64,000 nucleotides of DNA from Thermoplasmatota archaeon (GTDB lineage: Archaea; Thermoplasmatota; Thermoplasmata; UBA10834): positions 64,001 through 128,000 of the forward strand of contig JBFMHR010000001.1 in assembly GCA_040751795.1 (NCBI GenBank), read 5' to 3'. Shown here in pieces: positions 1 through 9,722 of the stretch. The notes under the pieces are model-generated. The model made no database searches and was not told the origin of the DNA. It saw only the letters and a program-made list of their open reading frames with translations. The position numbers and the translations under genes were made by a program. Position 1 is the first letter of the stretch; every line of letters begins with the position of its first letter.

Positions 1-605
1 CGCAGGTACGCGGACTTGAGGATGCCCCTCTGGTCGTCGGAGGTGTTCCGCGCGAGGTATTCCCCGATCAGCCAGTTGAGCTCGAAGCTCGTCAGCGACT
101 CGAACCGGTCTGAGACGTCCTCGACCACCTTCCTGAAGATGACCTCCATGTCGTCGAGGCTCTTCTCCAGCTCTATGGTGTCGTAGATCCTGTTGTACCC
201 CTTGTGGTAGAGCTCGGTGTCGCTCATCGACTCCTTGTACTTGAAGTGGGTGAGGCCGGTCGACTCCACCATCCCATGGGCCATGATGGCCCCGGTCGAG
301 ATGACGGCGTCGGCCATCCCGAGGTCGATCATGTCGCAGATGACGAGGCCCATCTTCGCGGGGGTCATCGCGCCGGAGAGGGTCAGGACCTTGAAGCAGT
401 CCTTGTCCTCCACCATCGCCTCCATGACCTGGGCGGCCTCGCCCACGCTCCTCGCGCCGAAGCTGCACCGGCCCATCGCCTCGACCAGCTCCGACACCGA
501 TGAGCAGGACCTCAGGTCCAGGGACGACAGCGACTCGAGCCTGTCGCTCGCCCCGTCGCTCATCTCGCCCGCCTTCCTGGAGCCCTTCTTGCCCGTCCGT
601 GACAT
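1..605 (-). CDS. dys: Deoxyhypusine synthase (DHS)-family protein, partial (3' end runs off the window)
   Basis: Manual translation from ATG 605 gives ...FGARSVGEAA...LTLSGAMTPAKMGLVICDMIDLGMADAVISTGAIMAHG...GYNRIYDT..., typical DHS motifs. Not in the ORF track because it has no stop in the window. Confidence 0.88.
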   Translation of the reverse strand, partial: MSRTGKKGSRKAGEMSDGASDRLESLSSLDLRSCSSVSELVEAMGRCSFGARSVGEAAQVMEAMVEDKDCFKVLTLSGAMTPAKMGLVICDMIDLGMADAVISTGAIMAHGMVESTGLTHFKYKESMSDTELYHKGYNRIYDTIELEKSLDDMEVIFRKVVEDVSDRFESLTSFELNWLIGEYLARNTSDDQRGILKSAYL

Positions 606-646
606 GCGCAACACCTCTCGAACTCAACGCCCGCCTGCCGCGGGGA

Positions 647-1234
647 TCACTGTCCCTGCTGCTGGCACGGGGCCGGCTCGCCGACCTCGTCGCATATGAA
701 CACCGCGGCCGCGAGGACCGTCGTGTAGCCGTTCTTGTCCCCCTCCGCGGTCTTGGTCACGTTGAACGACTTGACGATCTTCCCGCTCATCTTGTACTGG
801 TCCTCCCTCTCGTCCCAGTCCTTCTCAGGGTCGAAGGGGATGCCGAGCGTCGTGGCCAGCATGGTCGCTGCCAGGTCCTCGGCCATGTGCCCCGCGGACT
901 CCGCGTTGGTACCGAACCCGTGGTACTCGGAGATGTAGCCGTACTGCGAACCCTCGGCGGGGACGGCGACGCCTATGGACGACGCGACCATCCTGTTCGG
1001 CTCGTTGGTCGAGTTCCTCGACATAACGAGGAACACGACCTGCCCGGGCTTGAGGTGCTTGAGGCCCTCCTCCCGGCTCACCAGCCTGCATCCGGGCGGC
1101 AAAATGCTGGAGACGGACACGAGGTTGAACTTCTCTATCCCTGCGTCCCTCAGAGCCATCTCGAAGGACTGGAGCTCGTACTTGTGCCTGCCAACACCCT
1201 TGGTGTTGAACATCATTCTCGGAACTATGGCCAT
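647..1234 (-). CDS. pdaD: Pyruvoyl-dependent arginine decarboxylase
   Basis: [25 protein letters not shown] (Ser-Ser autocleavage site), [17 protein letters not shown]; start taken as ATG 1234 (MAIVP). Confidence 0.93.
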   Translation of the reverse strand: MAIVPRMMFNTKGVGRHKYELQSFEMALRDAGIEKFNLVSVSSILPPGCRLVSREEGLKHLKPGQVVFLVMSRNSTNEPNRMVASSIGVAVPAEGSQYGYISEYHGFGTNAESAGHMAEDLAATMLATTLGIPFDPEKDWDEREDQYKMSGKIVKSFNVTKTAEGDKNGYTTVLAAAVFICDEVGEPAPCQQQGQ

Positions 1235-1360
1235 GGGTTGAACGAATTGTGATGCTATGTTCTTAAAACTATTCTTTAGACCAGATTCTCGTTCCGTCGC
1301 GGTGTCGCGATGCGACACGGCGCTCCGATACTGTCATCCTTCGGAGGATTTTCACCGTGC

Positions 1361-1963
1361 TCAGTGGCATGCGACCGCCGTCACGACCTCCATGGTCTGG
1401 ACGTCGAGCGACTCGAGCTCCGGCTCGTCGACGAAATAGGCCGGTGTCACGTAGAACAGGACGATGGATTCGAAGTCGACGTTGCAGAACCACGCGATGG
1501 CGCCAATCTCGGCGACCCTCGCGTCCAGCGTCGTCTCGAAGGGCGGGTATCCGACCATGATCGGCTTCACCACGGCATATGTGTGCCGCACCGCGTCGTG
1601 TCCAGAGAACTCGTAGCCGGTCTCGTTCGACTCCGGGACGACGTCGATCTCGATGCCGTACTGCTCCCTGGCGTAGTCCTCGGCGTATCCGTCCAGCCGC
1701 TCGAAGGCTGCGCTGAATGCGGCACTGGGCGCGCTGATGGTGCGGATGGTCGCCACGCCGACGAACGCCTTGCCGTTGGTGTAGATGGTCTCGTGGATCC
1801 TTGGGAAGTAGCTGTACACCCCGTCCTCGATGGAGAACGATAGGGCATCGAGCGGTTCGGCCGGGGTCACGGGCATGGCGAAGAACGTGCAGTAGCACAG
1901 CAGGGCGCAGCCGTAGGCGGACGCGACGACGGCCGACCTTCGCCGCCCGGTGAGAGGTCTCAG
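1361..1963 (-). CDS. Hypothetical membrane-anchored/secreted protein
   Basis: Open frame with basic residues and a hydrophobic stretch (RRRSAVVASAYGCALLCYCTFFA) followed by a globular acidic domain; start uncertain (CTG overlapping the upstream TGA). Confidence 0.55.
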   Translation of the reverse strand: MRPLTGRRRSAVVASAYGCALLCYCTFFAMPVTPAEPLDALSFSIEDGVYSYFPRIHETIYTNGKAFVGVATIRTISAPSAAFSAAFERLDGYAEDYAREQYGIEIDVVPESNETGYEFSGHDAVRHTYAVVKPIMVGYPPFETTLDARVAEIGAIAWFCNVDFESIVLFYVTPAYFVDEPELESLDVQTMEVVTAVACH

Positions 1964-2268
1964 AGCATCACCAACCCGATGGTGACCAAGGCGAGCACTG
2001 CGGCCAGCGCCGAGGGCCTCGCATATTGGAGGACCCCGCCTCCGCGCCGGACCCGCGATAGGGACGAGACTATCATGATGAGGAGGAGCCCTGGGAAGAA
2101 GATCAGGCCGGGCACGCCGAGATACACCAGGAGGACGCCTGAGAGGGACCACGCGGCCGAGGCTGCGCCGAACGCGCCCTTCCGTGCCTCTCCTGAGGCG
2201 ATGTCATGGAGGGCGATCAGGCCGAAAGGCACCGAGGCAGATGCGAGGACAATTATCGAGACGTCCAA
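1960..2268 (-). CDS. Small multi-pass membrane protein
   Basis: 102 aa, TTG start, 3-4 hydrophobic segments. Confidence 0.6.
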   Translation of the reverse strand: MDVSIIVLASASVPFGLIALHDIASGEARKGAFGAASAAWSLSGVLLVYLGVPGLIFFPGLLLIMIVSSLSRVRRGGGVLQYARPSALAAVLALVTIGLVML

Positions 2269-2544
2269 GGTTTGCCCCGGTCATGGAACGACGAACAGGT
2301 ATTCAATCATCGTTGACGCCGGAGGCTCCGCTGAGGGTCGAAATAGAAAAAAGAAGAGGGGGGAGGAAGTTCTGTAACGACTTTGTCCTCTGAGCATATA
2401 AAGCCCTGACATCGGAGGTCGAAAAAGGCCTGCCCGTCGATGGAACCATTGAAATACATCCTATCTACCACATGGACATTAAGAATCATTGATGGACCAT
2501 TGGATTCGTCAACAGGCCGGTCCGCGCATCCGCCCTGCGCGCGC

Positions 2545-4347
2545 TCACCGCTCGGCCATGGCGCCCTGGGACACCATTCTGAGCACCCTGTACAGGACGC
2601 GCGGGATCTCGTCGAACGAAGAGACGGTGAACATCTGGCCCCCGCCCTTCGCCGCCATCGCCTCGCACTCGCCGGGCTTGCAGTCGTGGCTCTCTGTCAT
2701 CACCACGAAGAGCCGCCTGTAGGCGGACGCCGCGTCCCTCGGGTCCGGACCGACGGTGTAGTTGCCGTCGGTTATCAGGATCCCTATCCTGTTGCGCGTG
2801 CGCGCGCGGTGCAGCTCCTCGCTGCCCCTCCTGAGGGCGGAATCTATGTCGGTGTAGCCCGAGGCGTTCGATGAGAGGAGGTCCGAGACGAGGTCGTCGA
2901 GGTTCTTGGGCTCGCCCATCCTCTTGACCGTGCTCGGCCTGTCGTTGAACGTGATGAGGAGGTAGTCCACCGTCTTCAACCTGTAGGCGAGGACGGCGAT
3001 GGCCGCGCTCGCCATCGCCAGCTTGTCGCCTGTCATGGACAGGCTCGCGTCCAGTATCAGGGCGACCGCCAGCTCCCTCGGGGCGCGGTCCTCGACGACT
3101 ATGTCCCCTGGCTCGATCCTATCGTGCCCCATGATGCGCTCGAGGGTTTCATCGATGTCTATCTCGCCCTCGCCCCCCTGTCCGAAGGTCGTCCTCTGGA
3201 CCCTCGTCGGGAGCGACACGGGCCCCAGGAGCCGCAGCACGCGCCTTATCGTCGCCCTGATGGCGATCCTGCGCGCCAGCTCCGCGAGGGCCGGGGATCC
3301 CAGTGAGAACCTCAGGCTGGAGTAGTTCCTGGCGATGTCCCAGCCGATGTCGTCGTAGTCGACCTTCCCCCCGCCTCCGATCTCCTCCAGCGCCGGGACG
3401 AGGTCGGCCATGCCCGCGACCTTCGCCTTGGGAACGCCCGCGCGCCCTCCGCCCTCCGGCCCCTTTTCGGGGGCCGGCGGCGGGACGCCCCTCGGCGGGA
3501 CAGGCACGGAGAAGCACTCGTTGACGATCTCGTCAACGACCTCCTCGACCGTCGCGTTCGACTCCTCCCTGATCTCGATGCGCGTCGGCACGGCCATCTG
3601 GGCCGCCCTCCTCACGCCCTCGACCGCGTCCCCGGGGAAGGCCCCTGCGAGCTCCGCCATGCTCATCGCGGCCCTCATGCTCGCACCCCTCCTGACGTCG
3701 GGATGCGTCCGAGTCCTGCGCGCAATCCACACGCATCGGTAGACGAGCTCGCCCGGGACCCCGGGGAGCCTGCGGGAGACTATCTCCACCTCCTCCGCCT
3801 CGGGCTGGTAGTCGATGAGAAGGAGCTCGAACCTGTCCGAGAGGGCCTCCGACAGGGCCGTGGTCGCGACGAACTCGCGGGGGTTCTGGGTGGCCACGAC
3901 GACGAAGCCGGGCTCCGCCCTGACGGTCCCGATCTTCGGGACCTCGATCATCCCCTCGTCCATGGCGGGGAGGAGGATGTTCTGCACCCCCTCGGGCATC
4001 CGGTTCAGCTCGTTGATGAAGAGCACCCCGCCCTCGCGCATAGCCTCCGTCAGCGGGCCCGGGACGAAGGCCTCCTTGACGTACCCCTTCTGCAGGACCA
4101 CGGGGGGGTCGAACCATCCGGACAGCTTCTGCTCGGTGTACCTCTCGTCGCCGTCGACGCGGAACACCTTGGCGCCCAGGTGCCTGGCCACGGCGCTGGC
4201 GATCACCGTCTTGCCGACGCCCACGGGCCCCTCGATCATCAGGTGCTTCCTGGCGCGGAGGGAGGCCATGGCCTTCTCGAGCTCCCTCTCCCTGCCCACG
4301 ACCCCGTACTCCCTCTGGACGGCGGCGACCTCATCGGAAAGCGCCAT
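2545..4347 (-). CDS. MoxR-family AAA+ ATPase fused to a C-terminal VWA domain
   Basis: Walker A GPVGVGKT, variant Walker B LFINELNR, ATQNP, ALSDRF; VWA MIDAS DASLSM, GYTD, LITDG. Confidence 0.9.
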   Translation of the reverse strand: MALSDEVAAVQREYGVVGRERELEKAMASLRARKHLMIEGPVGVGKTVIASAVARHLGAKVFRVDGDERYTEQKLSGWFDPPVVLQKGYVKEAFVPGPLTEAMREGGVLFINELNRMPEGVQNILLPAMDEGMIEVPKIGTVRAEPGFVVVATQNPREFVATTALSEALSDRFELLLIDYQPEAEEVEIVSRRLPGVPGELVYRCVWIARRTRTHPDVRRGASMRAAMSMAELAGAFPGDAVEGVRRAAQMAVPTRIEIREESNATVEEVVDEIVNECFSVPVPPRGVPPPAPEKGPEGGGRAGVPKAKVAGMADLVPALEEIGGGGKVDYDDIGWDIARNYSSLRFSLGSPALAELARRIAIRATIRRVLRLLGPVSLPTRVQRTTFGQGGEGEIDIDETLERIMGHDRIEPGDIVVEDRAPRELAVALILDASLSMTGDKLAMASAAIAVLAYRLKTVDYLLITFNDRPSTVKRMGEPKNLDDLVSDLLSSNASGYTDIDSALRRGSEELHRARTRNRIGILITDGNYTVGPDPRDAASAYRRLFVVMTESHDCKPGECEAMAAKGGGQMFTVSSFDEIPRVLYRVLRMVSQGAMAER

Positions 4348-4463
4348 GGTATGCGTATGCCAGATGATGCTGGGAACGATTAATGTTGCTGTCCGACCCG
4401 TCGGCCGGGCGGCGCCCGAGGGGTATGGATTTATCCCAGGTCCGCGTTGACGGTGCGGAGAAC

Positions 4464-4919
4464 ATGGCAGGAGGCAGGCCGAAGCGCGACTTCACCGTCA
4501 GGGTGCTCAGCGAGAAGGACCTGGAGCAGGTCCCACGGGTGTGGGTCGATTCGGGGCTCCCCTACAGGCCCAATGGCAGGGACTCGCCCGAGGGGCTCAG
4601 GGCCCAGCTCAGGAGGGACCCCGACCTGTTCATAGGGGCGTTCGTCGGGCCCGAGATGATCGGCGTGGCCATAGCGACCGACGACGGCAGGAAGGGGTGG
4701 ATCAACCGCCTCGCCGTCCTCCCCTCACACAGGAGGAAGGGCGTAGCGAGGGCCCTGGTCGAGATGTGCGAGGAGGCGCTCAGGAGGAGGGGCCGGGGCG
4801 TCTTCAGCATACTCATCGAGGGGGAGAACGAGGCCTCCGAGAGGCTGTTCTTGACTTCCGGATACAGGGACGAGAGCGACATCAGGTACTACGCGAAGAG
4901 GGACAGCGAGGAGACCTGA
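4464..4919 (+). CDS. GNAT family N-acetyltransferase
   Basis: GWINRLAVLPSHRRKGVA acetyl-CoA motif A; NEASERLF..GY. Confidence 0.88.
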   Translation: MAGGRPKRDFTVRVLSEKDLEQVPRVWVDSGLPYRPNGRDSPEGLRAQLRRDPDLFIGAFVGPEMIGVAIATDDGRKGWINRLAVLPSHRRKGVARALVEMCEEALRRRGRGVFSILIEGENEASERLFLTSGYRDESDIRYYAKRDSEET

Positions 4920-4924
4920 GGGAG

Positions 4925-5761
4925 CTAGCCTAGCTCGAAGCCCGCAATGCCCAGGGCGCCCGACTCTGCCGCGCTGTAGCGGTCCTCGCCCCTGACCATC
5001 ATCCTGACGGGTATCCTCTTGACGCTCGCGCACGACCCCATGAACGACCTGAGGTACGGCACGTCGTCGAAGAAGCCCAGGTCGACCCTCCGGCCGGCGA
5101 AGCCGCCGAGGAAGGTGTCGACCAGGGCGAGCGCGTCCTCGGGGGAGGGGGACAGCGAGGCGAGCGGGCCGAGGTCCCCGCCGAGGGGGTTCCGCCGCCC
5201 GAGGCAGTAGCCCGTGATGCGGCCTCCCCTCCGGACCTTGTAGCAAAGGTCCGGGTACTCCCTGAACAGACCCTCGATGAACTGCGACCTGTCGTCCCCG
5301 AAGACCCTCGCGTCGATCCCGCAGACCTCGCGGAGGTCCTCCGGGAGGAGCCTCTCGCACGGCGAGGATGTGCCGCGCCCCTCCACGATGAAGCCGTATG
5401 ACACCAGCTGGCGCGTCCGCTCGAACCCGCACGAATGGTAGAGCCTCTCCGCGGCCGGGGTCGAGAACACGACGACCGAGCCGAACCCGGCCCTGTCGAA
5501 GTCGGCAAGGGACGCCTCCAGGAGCTTCCTCCCGACCTTCCTGCCCCGGGACACCTCCGACACGACCAGGTGCCCTATCACGGCGGTCCTCCCGTAGTGA
5601 AGGCTGGCCACGAACCCTGACGGGCCGCCCTCGTCCCAGAGGTAGGAGCCCATGCTGGACATCCGCAGGACCCTCTCCAGCTCGGGCCTGCTGTAGCCCC
5701 AGCCCTCGCGGTCGGTGAGCTCCAGGGCGAAGTCCAGGTCCTCCTCGGTCAGCCTCCTCAT
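4925..5761 (-). CDS. Tandem GNAT acetyltransferase (YitH-like)
   Basis: IGHLVVSEVSRGRKVG, LYHSCGF, second domain DARVFGDDRS...LGPL. Confidence 0.82.
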   Translation of the reverse strand: MRRLTEEDLDFALELTDREGWGYSRPELERVLRMSSMGSYLWDEGGPSGFVASLHYGRTAVIGHLVVSEVSRGRKVGRKLLEASLADFDRAGFGSVVVFSTPAAERLYHSCGFERTRQLVSYGFIVEGRGTSSPCERLLPEDLREVCGIDARVFGDDRSQFIEGLFREYPDLCYKVRRGGRITGYCLGRRNPLGGDLGPLASLSPSPEDALALVDTFLGGFAGRRVDLGFFDDVPYLRSFMGSCASVKRIPVRMMVRGEDRYSAAESGALGIAGFELG

Positions 5762-5913
5762 GTGCGCGCCTCCTCAGGGCGGGGGATGGAATGACGTAGC
5801 CGCCCCATAACCCTTGCCCAAAGGTGAGCCAGCTCCCCCGTGCGCCTTTCTCGACAGGTTTTTATAAGATGTAAAGAATCCAGAACCGCGGGACCTCGTC
5901 CCGAGGGATTGGG

Positions 5914-7293
5914 ATGCATAGCGGAGAGCGTGCCGACGAGAGCGATGCCCCAGAGGCGTCCACGCCCGGGCCCATCCCGATCTCCGACATGCTGGACATA
6001 CTCAAGCTCATCTCGAGGGCGGAGCCGGTCGACCTCCTCATCGACAAGACCGCGGCCACGATAATGTCGACCTTCGGGGTAAGGTCCCTCGTCGTCTGCG
6101 TCCTGGACGAGCAGACGGGGACCTTCGCCCCCAGGTGCGTGAAGGGGTTCCCGCAGGGCAACGCCGCGGCGATCCGGAAGCACACCTACGCCGTCGACGC
6201 GAGGACCAGGGACTTCCTCACCAGGCACAGGACCGACCAGCGCACGTGCCATGTGAGGGCCGAGGACTCGCCCCCGATGACCAACGACGACATGGACTAC
6301 ATCGTCGACACGGCGGCCGTCTCCGAGCCGCGCGGGTCCCCCGACCGTTGGCACCCGCTCGACTTCATGCTCTTCCTCATGGTGGACAGGCTGGGCAACT
6401 GGATCGGGTGGATAGAGGTGGACTCCACCGCGGACGGCCGGGTGCTCCCGCAAGACTCCGTGCACAGGATCCAGCTCCTGGCGGACCTGATAGGCATCGC
6501 CGTGGAGAACGCCAGGATATACGAGGACGCGATCTCGGCGATGAACGAGTCGCAGGGGTACCTGGACCTCATATCCCACGACATCGGGAACATGATCAAC
6601 CCCCTGACATACTACCTCGAGAGGATGGAGAGGAGCGGGACCCTGGACTCCGAGAACAGCGAGTCCCTCTCCAAGGCGCTCGCGGTCTCCAGGGCGGCGA
6701 AGGGCCTCGTCGACAACGTCCGCAAGATGTCGGAGGCGAGGTGCTCGCACAGCCAGGAGAGGGCGCCGTACGACCTGAGGGACGTCCTGGTCAAGTGCAT
6801 CTCCGCGCTCAAGAGGGAGTTCCCCTCCCGGGACATCGTGGTGAGCTTCGACTGCCCCGAGGGTGAGTGCCTCATCCAGGCCGACGAGCTCGTGCACGAC
6901 CTCTTCATGAACCTCCTCAGCAACGCGGTGAAGTACAACCCGAAGCCGATGGCCGAGGTCGAGGTCTCCATACAGCACGGCGCGGGCGTCTGGACCGTCA
7001 CCGTGGAGGACCACGGGATGGGCATCCCCGACGACCGCAAGGGGGCCGTGTTCTCCCGGTTCGCCAAGAGGCCCGACGGCGCGAGCGGGACCGGGATGGG
7101 CCTCTCGATCGTGAGCCTCCTCGTCGACAGATACTCCGGAGTCATAGGAGTCACCGACAGGGTGCCAGGGAACCCCTCCGAGGGGGCCTGCTTCGAGGTC
7201 GCGTTCCCCAAGACGAACGGAAACGAAGCCGCCCGGGCGCAGGGGGCCGCCGGGGCCTTCGGCGCGGGCTACTCGTCCGCGAACCCCCTCTGA
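5914..7293 (+). CDS. Cytoplasmic GAF-sensor histidine kinase
   Basis: GAF end IAVENARIY, H-box SHDIGN, N-box NLLSNAVKY, G1 DHGMGIP, G2 GTGMGLSI. Confidence 0.92.
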   Translation: MHSGERADESDAPEASTPGPIPISDMLDILKLISRAEPVDLLIDKTAATIMSTFGVRSLVVCVLDEQTGTFAPRCVKGFPQGNAAAIRKHTYAVDARTRDFLTRHRTDQRTCHVRAEDSPPMTNDDMDYIVDTAAVSEPRGSPDRWHPLDFMLFLMVDRLGNWIGWIEVDSTADGRVLPQDSVHRIQLLADLIGIAVENARIYEDAISAMNESQGYLDLISHDIGNMINPLTYYLERMERSGTLDSENSESLSKALAVSRAAKGLVDNVRKMSEARCSHSQERAPYDLRDVLVKCISALKREFPSRDIVVSFDCPEGECLIQADELVHDLFMNLLSNAVKYNPKPMAEVEVSIQHGAGVWTVTVEDHGMGIPDDRKGAVFSRFAKRPDGASGTGMGLSIVSLLVDRYSGVIGVTDRVPGNPSEGACFEVAFPKTNGNEAARAQGAAGAFGAGYSSANPL

Positions 7294-7340
7294 GGCGCAG
7301 GCGAGGGGTTATCTAGGACCGCGCGCCTCAGCGGCTGGCG

Positions 7341-7823
7341 ATGGCGGTTGAAACGAGGGCCGGAGCGCCCTCCCTCAGGAAGACGGACGACTACGAGGCG
7401 GTGAGGGCGCTCGCCACCAGGTCCGGCCTGGAGGACGGTACCTTCGACGACGTCGTCATGGCATGGGGCTACTTCATAGGCGACGGGCTGGTGGGGTGCG
7501 CTGCGCTGAAGCAGGAGGACGGCAGGCACGCGGTCGAGTGGCTGGCGGTCTCCGAGGGGCTCAGGGGCAAGGGGCTCGGGAGGATGCTCGTCGGGATGGT
7601 CGAGGCCGAGGCGAGGATGAGGGGCGCCGACAGGGTCTGGGCCTTGGCGAGGGCGCCCAGGTTCTTCGAGAGGATAGGCTACCGCGTCTCGCCGCCCGGC
7701 GAGTCCGGGGGGCCGATGATGTCCAACTGCCTCCTCTGCTCGCAGTACCAGCGGTCATGCTTCCCCGCGGTTATGGTCAAGAATCTCTCGGCCCAAGAAA
7801 ATGCGCACCAGCGACACGTATAA
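7341..7823 (+). CDS. GNAT acetyltransferase (ArgA-like amino-acid N-acetyltransferase) with Cys-rich C-terminus
   Basis: LAVSEGLRGKGLG, FFERIGY, CLLCSQYQRSC. Confidence 0.8.
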   Translation: MAVETRAGAPSLRKTDDYEAVRALATRSGLEDGTFDDVVMAWGYFIGDGLVGCAALKQEDGRHAVEWLAVSEGLRGKGLGRMLVGMVEAEARMRGADRVWALARAPRFFERIGYRVSPPGESGGPMMSNCLLCSQYQRSCFPAVMVKNLSAQENAHQRHV

Positions 7824-7861
7824 GTACCGAATCCGCGTGGCATTGCATAGAGGGCATCACA

Positions 7862-9022
7862 ATGGCGGTCACCGAGAGGAAGGTCACCGAGTGCGCCAAG
7901 CGCATGGTCGAGACGTGCAACGTCAAGAAGGGAGAGGGCGTCGTCGTGAGGGGCGGGGCCCACACACAGCAGCTGCTCGAGGACATAGCGCTCGAATGCT
8001 ACCGGCGCGGGGCGACGCCGTCCATCGTCGTCACGTCCGACAGGTACGCGAAGGCGGTATACGACCAGATCCCCGCGAAGACCCTCGAGACCGTGCCGAA
8101 GCAGTACGTCGGGATGGTGAAGGCCGCCGACCTGCTGATCACGGTCGAGGACCTCGACGACCCGAAGGTGGCGGAGGGCTTTCCCCGCGAGAAGGTCGCG
8201 GCGAGGCAGAAGGGCTCGCTCCCGCTCTACGACATCATCTACCACAAGACCCGCGGCAAGAAGTGGCTATATGCGGGGTGGCCGACCAAGGCCGCCGCCA
8301 AGAGCTTCGGCGTGCCCTATGCGCTCCTGGAGGACATAGTCATCGGGGGCATATCCGTCCCGAGCTCCCAGCTGATGAAGACGGGCAAGAGGATGGCGAA
8401 GGCGTTCGAGGACGCCGACTGGGCGCACGTCTGGGACGACAAGGGCACCGACTTCAGGGTCAACGTGCGCGGGCGGAGGCTCAACATCGACGACGGCTTC
8501 ACGAGCGACGAGGACTTCGAGGCCGGGGACAGGGGCGCGAACCTGCCCGCGGGGGAGCTCTTCATCGCGCCGAAGGAGACAGTCGGCGAGGGGACCATAT
8601 TCTGCCCCGTGACGAGGGACCGGATGTCCGAGAAGATCGTCACGGACGTGCATCTCGAATTCAAGGACGGGAAGCTGCTGCTCGACAGGGTCACCGCCAA
8701 GAAGAACCTCCCCGCGCTCGTGGCGAGCTTCGAGGAGTGCGAGGCCATAGACCGGAAGCGGTACAGGACCGTCAGGACCAGGCACGTCGGCGAGCTCGGG
8801 ATAGGCTACAACCCGCGCATCAAGAAGGCGATAGGCTACATCCTGACCGACGAGAAGGTCAGCGGCACAGTCCACGTCGCGTTCGGCTCCAACAACACCT
8901 ACGGCGGCACCTCCGAGTCCACGATGCACTGGGACTTCGTGTCGGCCCCGGGCGTGAACATCGAGGTCGAGCGGACGGATGGCAAGACCGTCCGGATGAT
9001 GACCAAGGGCAGGCTCGTCTGA
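7862..9022 (+). CDS. Aminopeptidase, M29 (thermophilic metalloprotease) family
   Basis: NLPAGELFIAP, GELGIG, DEKVSGTVHVAFG, SxxHWD. Confidence 0.9.
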   Translation: MAVTERKVTECAKRMVETCNVKKGEGVVVRGGAHTQQLLEDIALECYRRGATPSIVVTSDRYAKAVYDQIPAKTLETVPKQYVGMVKAADLLITVEDLDDPKVAEGFPREKVAARQKGSLPLYDIIYHKTRGKKWLYAGWPTKAAAKSFGVPYALLEDIVIGGISVPSSQLMKTGKRMAKAFEDADWAHVWDDKGTDFRVNVRGRRLNIDDGFTSDEDFEAGDRGANLPAGELFIAPKETVGEGTIFCPVTRDRMSEKIVTDVHLEFKDGKLLLDRVTAKKNLPALVASFEECEAIDRKRYRTVRTRHVGELGIGYNPRIKKAIGYILTDEKVSGTVHVAFGSNNTYGGTSESTMHWDFVSAPGVNIEVERTDGKTVRMMTKGRLV

Positions 9023-9031
9023 ACGCGGCGT

Positions 9032-9616
9032 TCAGACCAGGCGCCTGCCCGCCTCGAGGGCCCGGGCCAGCGCGGCCTCTTTCCTCGGCGCGAGCTCAGG
9101 GTCGTCCGTGTGCCCCAGCAGCACCTCTCCCGTGTACTCGTAGTCGATGGCTGCGAAGAACGCCTTTGCGATGTGCAGCGACGGCTCGAAGATGGTCGGC
9201 TTGGGGGAGCCCGCGCACGACAGGAACAGCCCCTTCGGGCGTTCCCTGCCCTCGTAGACCCGCCTCTTCATCTGGTACTTCTCCACCCAGAAGCACTGGC
9301 ACCGGTCGATCATCGCCTTGGTCTGCGCGGTCAGGCCCATGAAGAACACGGGCGAGGAGAGGGCTATCGCGTCCACCTGCCTCACGCGCGCGTAGATGAG
9401 CCCCATGTCGTCCCTGGTCTGGGAGCAGGAGGCGGACTCCTCGCATCGCCTGCACTCCATGCAGGGGGATATCCTCATGGCCGCGAGGTCCATCCTCTCG
9501 GTCTCCGCCCCCGCGGAGCGCGCGCCCTCCAGGGCGGACTCGAGCAGCTGCGCCGCGTTCCCGTCCCTCCGGGGGCTCCCGAGGATGCCTAGGACCTTCT
9601 TCGCCGTGGGGCTCAC
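9032..9616 (-). CDS. Iron-sulfur flavoprotein / NADPH-dependent FMN reductase (flavodoxin family)
   Basis: GSPRRDGN, CMECRRC...C, SPVFF, KAMIDR; GTG start. Confidence 0.9.
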   Translation of the reverse strand: MSPTAKKVLGILGSPRRDGNAAQLLESALEGARSAGAETERMDLAAMRISPCMECRRCEESASCSQTRDDMGLIYARVRQVDAIALSSPVFFMGLTAQTKAMIDRCQCFWVEKYQMKRRVYEGRERPKGLFLSCAGSPKPTIFEPSLHIAKAFFAAIDYEYTGEVLLGHTDDPELAPRKEAALARALEAGRRLV

Positions 9617-9722
9617 CGCCTCTCCAGCCTTGGATGAGTTACCAGCAGTTATTTGTATCTGCTGCGGCCGGACGGAGGACATTCTTAAGGCGGCGGCCGC
9701 AGTTACACCCTGGCGGATACAC

